DNA from: a bacterium
GTDB lineage: Bacteria > Hinthialibacterota > Hinthialibacteria > Hinthialibacterales > Hinthialibacteraceae
Assembly: GCA_963663405.2 (NCBI GenBank)
Contig: CAXXSM010000130.1
Coordinates: 1-64,000 of the forward strand
DNA length: 64,000 bases
Direction: 5' to 3'
The notes below the pieces were generated by a model that did not search any database, was not told where the DNA came from, and saw only the letters and a list, made by a program, of their open reading frames with translations. The position numbers and the translations under genes were made by a program. This document shows, in pieces, positions 50,751 to 59,963 of this stretch. How positions within the stretch are numbered: the first letter of the stretch is position 1; the number at the start of each line of letters is the position of its first letter.

Positions 50751-52433
50751 TCAAAACAAATCCTTATAACTAACCAACTTCACCCCACATCTCTTAATCG
50801 CCGTTTTCACTTTCTCGCTGCAGAATGCTTTTGTTACTCCGTCGCGGTCCGCGGCGACGTGGCGGTAGCCTTCGTGGCCGATGGAGCGCATTTCGGGGGT
50901 GTCGAGTCCTGGGTGATCGAGGAAGAGCCAGACGCCGGGTTTCAGGTTTTCGATGATTTTGATCAAAGCGGCTTCTTTTTCCTCTGGAGTAGTGTCACTG
51001 CCGCCGAATCCACCCGCGCTCTTGAGTCCCGGTACGCGAAGGGGAAGTTTGTATTCTTCAGAAAGTTTATCGACAATCGCTTGCAATTCCGGGGTGGAAT
51101 ACGCCGTGCCCATGTGACACGAAAGATGAGATACCGCTGGGACCTTGGCTAGGGCTATTTCAATCTGCGCGCGCAGTTCTTTCTCCACTTCTTCAAGTTT
51201 ATAACCCGATTCGAGGAATCCTGTGTTCGGGGGGAAATTCTTTCTCTGACTCGTCATGGGGAAGAAATTCCCTTGCTTGTCTACTAAACTCGGCGCCTGC
51301 GTGACCGGCCCCCATTTGCAGTATTCCCATTCGCTTGTTAAGTCCAGATGCACGCCTACATCCAGTCCGGGATTCTCATTCAGCATCAACACCGCCTCGT
51401 TAAACCAAGGGCAGGGAACCATCAATTCGACCGATCGCGCAATACCATCTTTATATGTTTTGATACACGCGACATTCGCGGCATGGGATGAGCCGATGTC
51501 ATCCGCCCGGATGAGCAATTTGATCTCTCCACGAAAATGCTTTTCGACAAACGCTGTCATTGCTTCAAGTGTCTTCTCGAAATCGGGCGAACGATTGAAC
51601 CAGCCGTGGTTTTTCCCTTCCGCTGAAAAAAGTTCCACTTCGACGCCCGCGTCCTGAAGGGCTTTCTGAAAATCAACGGATTGTTGGAAGGGAACTGTCG
51701 TATCCGCCGTTCCATGCAGGAACAGGAAAGGCGGACAGGTTTCATCAATATACGTAATAGGTGAGGCTTTTTTATAGATTTCCGGAACCTCTTCCACTGA
51801 ACCGCCGAGGAATTGGACCAGCATCGTGGCCGGGCGGTCTCTTTTTGTTAATGCCGTCATATCAGCGACGCCATTGAAACTTACAACAAGATTCGTGCGG
51901 CTCGAGTATCTCGCATGGCCGCCTGCGCCTTCCAAGCCATCGGATTCGTCCATCACGCCCAGCATCGACGCGAGGTGGCCTCCCGCTGATCCACCGGCGG
52001 AAGCGATTTTATCCGGATCGATTCCATACCGGTCCGCATTCGCCCGCATCCACTGCACAGCGCATTTACAATCTTCCACCGCCGTGGGGAATTTCGCTTC
52101 ACCTGACAGGCGGTATTCAATACAGGCGCACACATAGCCCAGCTCAGCGAAATGAATCGCCTGCCGTTTAAATTGATCCGGCGTTCCGCCCCGCCATCCG
52201 CCACCATGAACGAAGATGATCCCCGGTCGATCCGTTCCATCTTCCTTCGGACGATAGAGATTCAAATGAAGATCCCGTCCACCGCCTTGACCATATACAA
52301 GATCCTTCTCAACAACCACGTTATCAGGAATCGCTATCTCCGGCTGATCCTGATTCGCGGCTTCGATTCCACTGACAGCTGCGCATAACAATAGGGTGAT
52401 GGTAAAGAATGAGTGAATAAAACGTAGATTCAT
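50751..52433 (-). CDS. Secreted fusion of an alpha/beta esterase (BD-FAE/HSL-like) and a ChbG/YdjC-family deacetylase
   Basis: Signal peptide; HGGGW, GGSAGG, HGTAD, HGW; then IRADDIG, GVHLDLTSEW, SCHMG, DHPG. Confidence 0.88.
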   Translation of the reverse strand: MNLRFIHSFFTITLLLCAAVSGIEAANQDQPEIAIPDNVVVEKDLVYGQGGGRDLHLNLYRPKEDGTDRPGIIFVHGGGWRGGTPDQFKRQAIHFAELGYVCACIEYRLSGEAKFPTAVEDCKCAVQWMRANADRYGIDPDKIASAGGSAGGHLASMLGVMDESDGLEGAGGHARYSSRTNLVVSFNGVADMTALTKRDRPATMLVQFLGGSVEEVPEIYKKASPITYIDETCPPFLFLHGTADTTVPFQQSVDFQKALQDAGVEVELFSAEGKNHGWFNRSPDFEKTLEAMTAFVEKHFRGEIKLLIRADDIGSSHAANVACIKTYKDGIARSVELMVPCPWFNEAVLMLNENPGLDVGVHLDLTSEWEYCKWGPVTQAPSLVDKQGNFFPMTSQRKNFPPNTGFLESGYKLEEVEKELRAQIEIALAKVPAVSHLSCHMGTAYSTPELQAIVDKLSEEYKLPLRVPGLKSAGGFGGSDTTPEEKEAALIKIIENLKPGVWLFLDHPGLDTPEMRSIGHEGYRHVAADRDGVTKAFCSEKVKTAIKRCGVKLVSYKDLF

Positions 52434-52470
52434 GAGTGTGGTCCTTTTGTGAGTTGTATAAAATTATTTT

Positions 52471-53040
52471 TTTTTGTCTGAATCTGGATGTCCAGGATGA
52501 AAGGATGATCAGGATTTTTTTCTCCTACATTCGATGATAGACCTTTTTTTTTCTCCTCAATTCAAATTAAGAAAGAAAAACCAGTCAATTTTTTGGTTCA
52601 TCCAGTAATTGAGTATATAAAAATCATTTTTGGGAATTGCGATCTTTGTTCAGGATGGCTTAATCGCCTGAACAATGATTAAAAAGCCAGCTAAAAGCCG
52701 CCACCGCGTAGCGTTGTCGTTACTGGCGCTGTCTTAAAAGGATTATAGGATTACCATGATTTAAAAATCAAGAAAATCAAGCGAATCAAGAAAATCAAGG
52801 TTCAGACAATAAGAATCCTTCATAGCAGCGCTGGGTTTCTTGATTTCCACAAAAAATGAATGGATTGTTGAGAAACGTACTCACTTTTCGGAAGAACCAA
52901 TTTCTTCTCCTTAATAAGAGGATTGACTATCCATTTCGTATAAGGTCAGTTAATCACTGCTTTCTTCAATGAAGAAGCGCAAATGAATAATTCCTATCCT
53001 GAATATCCTGCCCATCCAGTCCATCCTGATTCAGACGAAA
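52471..53040. mobile_element. Putative non-autonomous element: family A arms enclosing about 470 bp that include family E and family C repeats
   Basis: Left arm 52471-52520, right arm 52990-53040; shares the internal motif TACATTCGATGA with the 19387 copy. Confidence 0.55.
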
Positions 53041-53264
53041 TGAAAACAAAAAGAAATATCCTCCATTCTTTAGGAATCCATTTCAACTTCGCGATTTTGA
53101 TCAAACTATGCAAGAGCGATGCGATGTAATACTCGCCTTCATGATGAATAATCTCAGGCGCCGCGGCAGGCAGGCGCCCAAAGATCCTCCGCCGCGAAAG
53201 CGGGAACCGTCACAAGAAGAAACAGCGAAAACAGCGTGTATATATTCGATAATTGTTTCATCAT
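53040..53264 (-). pseudogene. Internally deleted secreted GH43/GH32-like beta-propeller glycosidase remnant
   Basis: Signal peptide MMKQLSNIYTLFSLFLLVTVPAFAAEDLWAP joined out of frame to AAPEIIHHEGEYYIASLL...IAKLKW. Confidence 0.5.
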
Positions 53265-53276
53265 ATGATTGCCTCG

Positions 53277-54512
53277 CTAGTTTAGGGTTTCTCTTAGAAG
53301 AGCGCTCGAACATGAGGATTGAATTTGTTTTGTGAATTTATAAATATGAACATCGTATGCGTTGAATGGATCTTCAAATTGCCCATTGACGGCGTTTATC
53401 GTCCGGTCTTCATAGAGGACTTCGATTTTTGTTTCGGAAGGCAAATCATCTAGAATAAATGTCGCTTTGGTTGGATTATTACGCATTCCCACGGCGAAGA
53501 GATAGGCCGCGCCATTATAGTGTTTCAGCATAATATCCACAGGCGTTTCGGGATCAGACACACTCACCTCTACCTTCCCATCAATCGTTGTGCTATTGAG
53601 AACCGGGGCGAGAGCGTGGATCTGATTGTTAAGTTTCGTAACCGCTTCAAGCATTTCGGGATCGTCGAGCAGAGCGTCTTCGTTGAACTGAGGCGCGAAT
53701 TCATGGACGAAATAGATCAGCCCCATCGAGCCATGAATGATGGACATCCAGACTTCCGCTTTCACCTGATGTGGAGTGGCTTTCTTCTTTTCATTGCTAA
53801 TATGTGTGCATTCGATGCAGTTCCAAACGATTTTCTTCCCCTCACTCCACTCGATTAACCGGTCGACGCCTTTGGGAACGTACCAGAGATAATTTTCTCC
53901 ATCCGTCTTGCGGATTCCAACGACAGGATACACATCAAATGAGAGAAGATCACAGCCTTTGACGTAGGTAAGATAATCACTCTGTTTGCCCCAAATCCCA
54001 CGGCCTTTCCATTCATCATTGGCGACACCCTGTCCGAGATTGAGCAGGATGGGCCGGGATGGATCGCGTTCTTTTAACTCTTCATAATCAGCGACGATGT
54101 CAGCTGGTGGAACGGGAGGGCCATAGGTTCTCTCTCCGGTATCCGGATCGGTGACCGGCTGGGCATTGTCCGGTTCATCCCCATGCATCCATCCAACAAT
54201 CGTGCGATCGTCTTTATGCGCAAGCCCGACAGTGTTTTGGTCACAAATAACCTGCATTCCCGCATTTTTGAGCGTGGTCAACTGCGCTTCCGTCGGACCT
54301 CTCCAAAGCCCAATATAAAGATTGATACCCGCCGCTTTATACTTCACCGCATTTTTCGGATCCTGAAGCCAAACCGCGATCGGAAAATAATCTGGATCGG
54401 AGGAAGGGCCGTTTTTCCATTGCGCGTACACGTTCAGATTGGATTCATTTTGAGAATGAGCCGGAACGAGCGAAAGGAAGAATATGATACAAGTGAGAAG
54501 GATTGATTTCAC
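53277..54512 (-). CDS. Secreted putative glycoside hydrolase (TIM barrel), paralog of the C-terminal half of 15758..17713
   Basis: Signal peptide from the GTG start; YFPIAVW, HGDEPD, SFDVYP, FNAYDVHIY. Confidence 0.7.
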   Translation of the reverse strand: MKSILLTCIIFFLSLVPAHSQNESNLNVYAQWKNGPSSDPDYFPIAVWLQDPKNAVKYKAAGINLYIGLWRGPTEAQLTTLKNAGMQVICDQNTVGLAHKDDRTIVGWMHGDEPDNAQPVTDPDTGERTYGPPVPPADIVADYEELKERDPSRPILLNLGQGVANDEWKGRGIWGKQSDYLTYVKGCDLLSFDVYPVVGIRKTDGENYLWYVPKGVDRLIEWSEGKKIVWNCIECTHISNEKKKATPHQVKAEVWMSIIHGSMGLIYFVHEFAPQFNEDALLDDPEMLEAVTKLNNQIHALAPVLNSTTIDGKVEVSVSDPETPVDIMLKHYNGAAYLFAVGMRNNPTKATFILDDLPSETKIEVLYEDRTINAVNGQFEDPFNAYDVHIYKFTKQIQSSCSSALLRETLN

Positions 54513-54630
54513 GATTGATCTCCATTGGTTGGAATTGAAGATGCGCCGTTTTTTTACATCTCCAGAGATCATAATGGAAAAGTGAAAGGAATGTCAATGC
54601 GCGGTTTATCGTAAGAAGAAATCCATCAAT

Positions 54631-55596
54631 TCAATCATCCAGATTGATCGTTTCACGCACCGCATAGATCTTCTTCTCCTGGCTTTCGTGATACACCCGC
54701 GTCATCATTTCCGCTAAGAGACCAATCATAATATTCTGAACGCCGATCAACGCGAGAAACACGGCGAGAAGCAGGAACGCGTTTTCGCTTGCTTGATCTC
54801 CTTGAAAGATCTTTTCATACAACACTTTTGCGCCACACAATACCCCGCCAAAGATAAAGAGAAGCCCGGTTGATCCAAAAAAATGAATAGGCCGCGTCAT
54901 ATAACTCCCTAGAAGTACTAATACAGGCAAGTCCAGCAATACTTTGAATGTGCGCATGATCGTGTATTTAGATTTCCCACGCAGGCGGGGATTATGAGTC
55001 ACTTCCACTTCACAGATCTTCGCGCCCATCCGATGCCCCAGGATCGAGAGGAAACGGTGCATCTCTCCATACAGATTCACGCCGCTGAGGATTTCCCGGC
55101 GGCAGGCTTTGAGTGTACAGCCGTGATCGTGAAGCCGCACACCGGTGACCCACGAGATCAACCGGTTGGCGATCCTCGACGGCAGGATTTTTGAAAAGAA
55201 TGGATCTTTCCGCCGGCGCCGCCACCCGCTGGCGATATCAAAGCCTTCGTCGATCTTCGCCAACAGTTTGGGAATATCCGCCGGATCGTTCTGAAGGTCA
55301 GCGTCAAGGAGAACAACAATTTCTCCCCGCGCATGATCCAAACCGGCCGCAATTGCAGCTGACTGCCCGAAATTCCGGCGCAGAAAAACCGCTTTGACAT
55401 TCTCATCCGAACCAGCCAGTTCCCGCAGCGTCTCCCCGGAACCGTCATCACTGCCATCATCACAATAAACAATCTCGAACGAACGCCCGATTCCTTCAAG
55501 AACGTTCATCAGTGACGCATGCAACGGGCGGATATTATCCACTTCGTTATACACAGGCAAAACGACTGAGAGTTGAGGGCTAGGTGGTTTTTTCAT
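54631..55596 (-). CDS. Family 2 glycosyltransferase (ArnC/GtrB-like polyprenyl-phosphate glycosyltransferase)
   Basis: VVLPVYNE, DDGSDD, RNFGQ, DADLQNDP, two C-terminal TM helices. Confidence 0.93.
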   Translation of the reverse strand: MKKPPSPQLSVVLPVYNEVDNIRPLHASLMNVLEGIGRSFEIVYCDDGSDDGSGETLRELAGSDENVKAVFLRRNFGQSAAIAAGLDHARGEIVVLLDADLQNDPADIPKLLAKIDEGFDIASGWRRRRKDPFFSKILPSRIANRLISWVTGVRLHDHGCTLKACRREILSGVNLYGEMHRFLSILGHRMGAKICEVEVTHNPRLRGKSKYTIMRTFKVLLDLPVLVLLGSYMTRPIHFFGSTGLLFIFGGVLCGAKVLYEKIFQGDQASENAFLLLAVFLALIGVQNIMIGLLAEMMTRVYHESQEKKIYAVRETINLDD

Positions 55597-55684
55597 AATA
55601 TATGAGATTAAACTGCGGAAACTTGATATCCAATTCTAATCATTAATCTATTGTAACAACGTAAAAGGAATTGAGTACTGCTGA

Positions 55685-55978
55685 TCTGAATCTTGATTGA
55701 ACTGATTTACTTGATTTTATATCATGGTTATTTTGTTTTTTTTACACCTCATTCGTTTGAATCACGGATAGCGCAGAAAACCACGGATTTCACGGAAAAA
55801 GATTCCGTGCCCATCTCATCACATCCGCGTAATCCGTGATTCAAACATATCCACGATTCAAGAAAACTGTGATCTCACCGCCTCATTCGTTTGAACCACG
55901 GATAGCGCAGAAAACCGCGGATTCCACGGAAAAATTCCGTGATCATCCCATCAAATCCGCGTAATCCGTGATTCAAAA
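55685..55978. repeat. Family C left arm (55685-55718) followed by two tandem ~100-bp palindromic units (family B: 55747-55846, 55881-55978)
   Basis: Unit 1 has a perfect 15-bp terminal inverted repeat GTTTGAATCACGGAT/ATCCGTGATTCAAAC; period 134 bp. Confidence 0.85.
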
Positions 55979-58900
55979 CAAATCCATCGCCCGCACGCGA
56001 TACGTCCGAATCTCGCGTGAACCGATTTCGACTTCCATGACACCCTCATCAGACGCGCCTTCTTCCCCGCGCGGACGTTCAACAAGATCCGTACGTTCCC
56101 AGGTAATCTTCTTCAATGTGTCGAAGAAGATGCGAACCGGTGTATCCACACCATCCAATTCACGCAGGCGGAGGATAAATCCATCCCCATCTTCCGCCAC
56201 TTTGATCCCCTGCGCGAGAACATTGTCCACATCAATAGAAACAAGTGACGCCGTGTCGGAGGGAAGCGGCGCTTCTTCTTTCGTCTTCATCGCCAAAGGT
56301 GTGACGAGGAACGGATAACTCACCTCATCGGCGAAACGGGTGGCGGCGCTGGGGGTGCAGGAGCCGTCATGGAACAGAATCGAATACCGGAACGTGGCCG
56401 GCCCCCCCTGGCTTGCTTTATAATTCGTGAACCAATAGTTATTCATCGCGTAGGAATAAAAATGCGTGTTGGTTAAAGGCAGATGCTCCAACCAGGGCTG
56501 TTCGGCGTGCATGTCACATAGTTCCAATAGAGGAACATCATGAGAAACAACCGTGATCCCAAAATCAGCGTTCGATATATCAATCCATCGGCGCAGCGTA
56601 TATATATTACGATTCGCGCCGGGAATTTGATCGGTTTCAGGATGCATTGAAGCGAGTGTGGTTTCAAGAGTAAACTGCCCTTCCGGCACATCGAAAGGAA
56701 ACGCGAACCGCACGGCTTCTTTCTCCCGAATATCTTCTTTATTAATCACATTACAAATATCAATCCGGTCCATCGCGTTGAATAACTCAATATTCTGCGC
56801 CAAACCGTGGATGCCTTGCCCCTCTAAATACGCCTGGAGCGAAGTTGAAATAGAATCCGGCGGACGTGGGATCTGGAAAAGAACGCGGTCGGCGCTTTTG
56901 CTTTCTTTTCCATTGGGGCCGAGGACATGAAGATACTGGTTCACTCCATATGCGCTGTTGGAATCAACCATCTCTTGAAGCATAGGCTGATAGACCAGGG
57001 ATTGAATCGCGCCTGTTTTTTTATTCAACTTCACATCCCACTGGTAATTGCGGATAAATCCATCCGCCGCCGATACGGTGACGCTGGTCTCCCGTGTTTC
57101 ACGGGTTTCCGGGATCAGTTCATAGACTTTATAACCGAACGGTGGGATATCGATGACTTGGAACATGTATCCTTCATCGCGTTTCACCACCGGCGCTTTC
57201 ATCCCATCAGGATCCACGGCTATCCATTGTTCGGATGCGGCCAGTTCATTGCCGATCCCCGATTCGGGAATCACGGCGGCCCCGTTCCGGCGCCACTGCG
57301 TCAGATTCCAAACGGCGAAAGCGAAGGTCCGGTCATTGCGAATCTGTTTAGACATCTCCCGCGCTCCATCCCGCAGCAGCCGCGAAGACGCCCACATCCC
57401 TTTTTCAGCAAAACTGCGTTTCACCCGCCATTGTTCCCGCGTGAAGGGCGAATCGGGTTGTGTGATACTGGTATGCGCGCCCCAAGTATGTTCGCTGTAA
57501 AGCATAATATTATCGTACGCCGTGTCGATTTCCATTGCGGGATACACCGCGCCGTTTCCAGCCATGCGGGAAAGCGCCCAGGCTTTTTCAGCGGTCTGCA
57601 ACCGTAATGTGGAAATACGGTTCATCGCGGTTTCACGCGCGCTCGACGCCGCGCCGTCTTCCCAATAGGGGGTATAGTCGCCTTTCAATTCAGGAATTTG
57701 ATCTTCAAATTTAGAAACAAGGTCTTCAAATGGTTTCACTGCGCCCGAAATGATTAACTTCGGGCTGGCATACCGCTGATTCCATTCATGCGCCACTTTC
57801 GAAAGATGCGCGGGTGGAGGCGTGTTGTCGGCGAAGTAAGCGCGAATGTGAAAAACGTCGTATGGATATTCTGGATCGGCTTCCAATCCAGCCAACACTT
57901 CCAATAAACGATCCTTATCCCGCTCGGATTCCAGCAGATTGAAAATCCGCGCATATCCATATCCCGTGTTCCAGACCAAGACTTTACTCTCCCCATCCGG
58001 ACCGATCCAATAGTATGGTTTTGAACCCATCCCCAGAGTCGCGAATCCGATACGCGCCGTGAGATTCGGGCCGAGTTGGAAATATTTAACGCCTGCTTCC
58101 GCCAGAACCGAAACTGTGCCCCATGTATACCCGGGCACGTCCGTAATCATCGCCGATTTCACTTCAGGGAGATGTTCCCGCTCAGCCAAGTGGGTGGAGT
58201 AATAGACACTGCGTACCAATTCTTCATCCCCACAAAGAGCAGTCAGAAGATTGAGATAGAGGGCGTCGAGCGTGATCACGCCTCTCCGCATGTAATCAAG
58301 CAGCCGAACCTGGTCTCTCTCTGGATACGTCTGCAAATAATCTTTCACCGCCCAGGAAACTTCGGTGTTCCATATGTAATGCGAATCAGGCGTGTAGCCT
58401 TTTTTGATGGAATCTTCATAGAGATCGATCGCCTGATGGAAGAATTTCTTGTGATCGGCGAGGACTTTGTACTGCAAATCCGTATAGCCGATATCGACAT
58501 GAGAACCGGGCAGAAGATAAACCCGCCAATCCCGGCAGGGCTTCAGCTCGATCTCTTTTTTGAATCTCTTTCCCTTCCATTGAAACAAGGCGGCAAGTTT
58601 CCGGGGACGATCGCTTCTCTCGATGGGAATTTCCAACGTCTCCGTTTCCGGCGTTCCAATTGAGGCGAGAATAGAGTCCGGATGTTCGCGGTCAATAATA
58701 GTGAATTCTGAAATCGCAGTGGGGCTGATCACGGGTGAAATCTTGCATTTCACAATCCGCTTGCCATTTTTCAAGACTAAGGGAGGAGCGGTGAATGTAA
58801 GCAGATTCCCGATATACTCATTATCATCGATCGTACCAGGAATAATAATACGCATCGTTTCTGGAACCTTGCCATCGCTGGAAGTGATCTTGAATCCCAT

Positions 58901-59509
58901 TCCCCAACCAGCGCCGGTTTGGCAGACTTTCACAAGGAGCGGATGACGGCCTTGTTCAACCGTGACAGGAACGCGGTCCCAGTTTCTCATGTCACGCAGG
59001 ACCTTTGCGTCATGGATCACGTTTCGATCCATCCAGACTTTCACACTGTCATTTGAGGCGATGTGAAAGACACAATCCTGCGTATCACCACTGTTTTCCA
59101 AAATACAAAAGAAATAGACGGTGACGTTCTCTCTATCCCCAAAATGATTTCTCAGATCAAACACATTCTCCTGAGGGATCGCCAAGTTCCATGGAGTCCA
59201 TACCCCATTGACATACGACGAATCCCAATTGGCTGGCGAGACGGAACGTTCTTCATTAAGAAAATCATAATCGTGTCCCGAAAGATCTTCCGCGCTGGAT
59301 GGATTGGCGTGGGGACCATTGATCAGCCATGTGCGGACGTAGCCATCACCAGACAAATTAAACGCGGTTTCATCCGCGTATGCCGAAATTCCCTGCGAAA
59401 TGAAAACAAACGCTGCGATTGAAAAAAAGAAATAGTGTTTCACGATGTTTCCTCTCCCCTCTCGATCGGCCGTTTGGACGTGATTTATGACGCCCTTCAT
59501 CTTATCCAA
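55973..59509 (-). CDS. Secreted glycoside hydrolase family 38 (alpha-mannosidase-like) with N-terminal beta-sandwich domain
   Basis: SHVDIGYTD, TDVPGYTWG, YSEHTWG, MNNYWFTNY, ILRLRELDG; probable start at GTG near 59443. Confidence 0.88.
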   Translation of the reverse strand: MDKMKGVINHVQTADREGRGNIVKHYFFFSIAAFVFISQGISAYADETAFNLSGDGYVRTWLINGPHANPSSAEDLSGHDYDFLNEERSVSPANWDSSYVNGVWTPWNLAIPQENVFDLRNHFGDRENVTVYFFCILENSGDTQDCVFHIASNDSVKVWMDRNVIHDAKVLRDMRNWDRVPVTVEQGRHPLLVKVCQTGAGWGMGFKITSSDGKVPETMRIIIPGTIDDNEYIGNLLTFTAPPLVLKNGKRIVKCKISPVISPTAISEFTIIDREHPDSILASIGTPETETLEIPIERSDRPRKLAALFQWKGKRFKKEIELKPCRDWRVYLLPGSHVDIGYTDLQYKVLADHKKFFHQAIDLYEDSIKKGYTPDSHYIWNTEVSWAVKDYLQTYPERDQVRLLDYMRRGVITLDALYLNLLTALCGDEELVRSVYYSTHLAEREHLPEVKSAMITDVPGYTWGTVSVLAEAGVKYFQLGPNLTARIGFATLGMGSKPYYWIGPDGESKVLVWNTGYGYARIFNLLESERDKDRLLEVLAGLEADPEYPYDVFHIRAYFADNTPPPAHLSKVAHEWNQRYASPKLIISGAVKPFEDLVSKFEDQIPELKGDYTPYWEDGAASSARETAMNRISTLRLQTAEKAWALSRMAGNGAVYPAMEIDTAYDNIMLYSEHTWGAHTSITQPDSPFTREQWRVKRSFAEKGMWASSRLLRDGAREMSKQIRNDRTFAFAVWNLTQWRRNGAAVIPESGIGNELAASEQWIAVDPDGMKAPVVKRDEGYMFQVIDIPPFGYKVYELIPETRETRETSVTVSAADGFIRNYQWDVKLNKKTGAIQSLVYQPMLQEMVDSNSAYGVNQYLHVLGPNGKESKSADRVLFQIPRPPDSISTSLQAYLEGQGIHGLAQNIELFNAMDRIDICNVINKEDIREKEAVRFAFPFDVPEGQFTLETTLASMHPETDQIPGANRNIYTLRRWIDISNADFGITVVSHDVPLLELCDMHAEQPWLEHLPLTNTHFYSYAMNNYWFTNYKASQGGPATFRYSILFHDGSCTPSAATRFADEVSYPFLVTPLAMKTKEEAPLPSDTASLVSIDVDNVLAQGIKVAEDGDGFILRLRELDGVDTPVRIFFDTLKKITWERTDLVERPRGEEGASDEGVMEVEIGSREIRTYRVRAMDLF

Positions 59510-59622
59510 TTTTTCGAAGGCTGGATAGGAAAGAAGGGCAACTAAAACAAGATAAAAAAATGATCCATCATGCCAGCCTCTTAGTGATAAAGTAACAATA
59601 AATTAATAGACAAGACTCCAAT

Positions 59623-59722
59623 CATTCCCATCCTGAATATTCCGCCTATCCTGTCTATCCAGATTCTGACAAAATACTCCGTGTTTATCCCCCCCCTATC
59701 AGTGGAATCCGTGATTCAAAAA
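59623..59722. repeat. Solo right arms of family A (59623-59673) and family B (59677-59722)
   Basis: ATCCTGAATATTCC...ATCCAGATTCTGAC followed by TCCGTG...AATCCGTGATTCAAA. Confidence 0.7.
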
Positions 59723-59963
59723 CCTACGCGTCTGGACAGAAACAAAAAAACAAATTTTTTATGTGACATTTTTAACACTTGCGTCTATATTTACAAACCA
59801 GAGGGTACATTTCATCAATGGCGTTTTCTTCTTTGGGAAAATCCTAAGTTTTTAATGACGAATCTTAATTAACGGGGGCTTAAGGTGTGGTTAATTGGCC
59901 GCCGTTGCGCGATCCCACTTGCTGTTCATTTTAAAAACAATTACGTGTTGAAGGAGCTGTGTC

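Noticed and set aside
55747-55978. Tandem repeats as a CRISPR or other guide-RNA array
   Set aside because: Only two ~100-bp palindromic units, no series of unique spacers, and no cas or effector gene nearby
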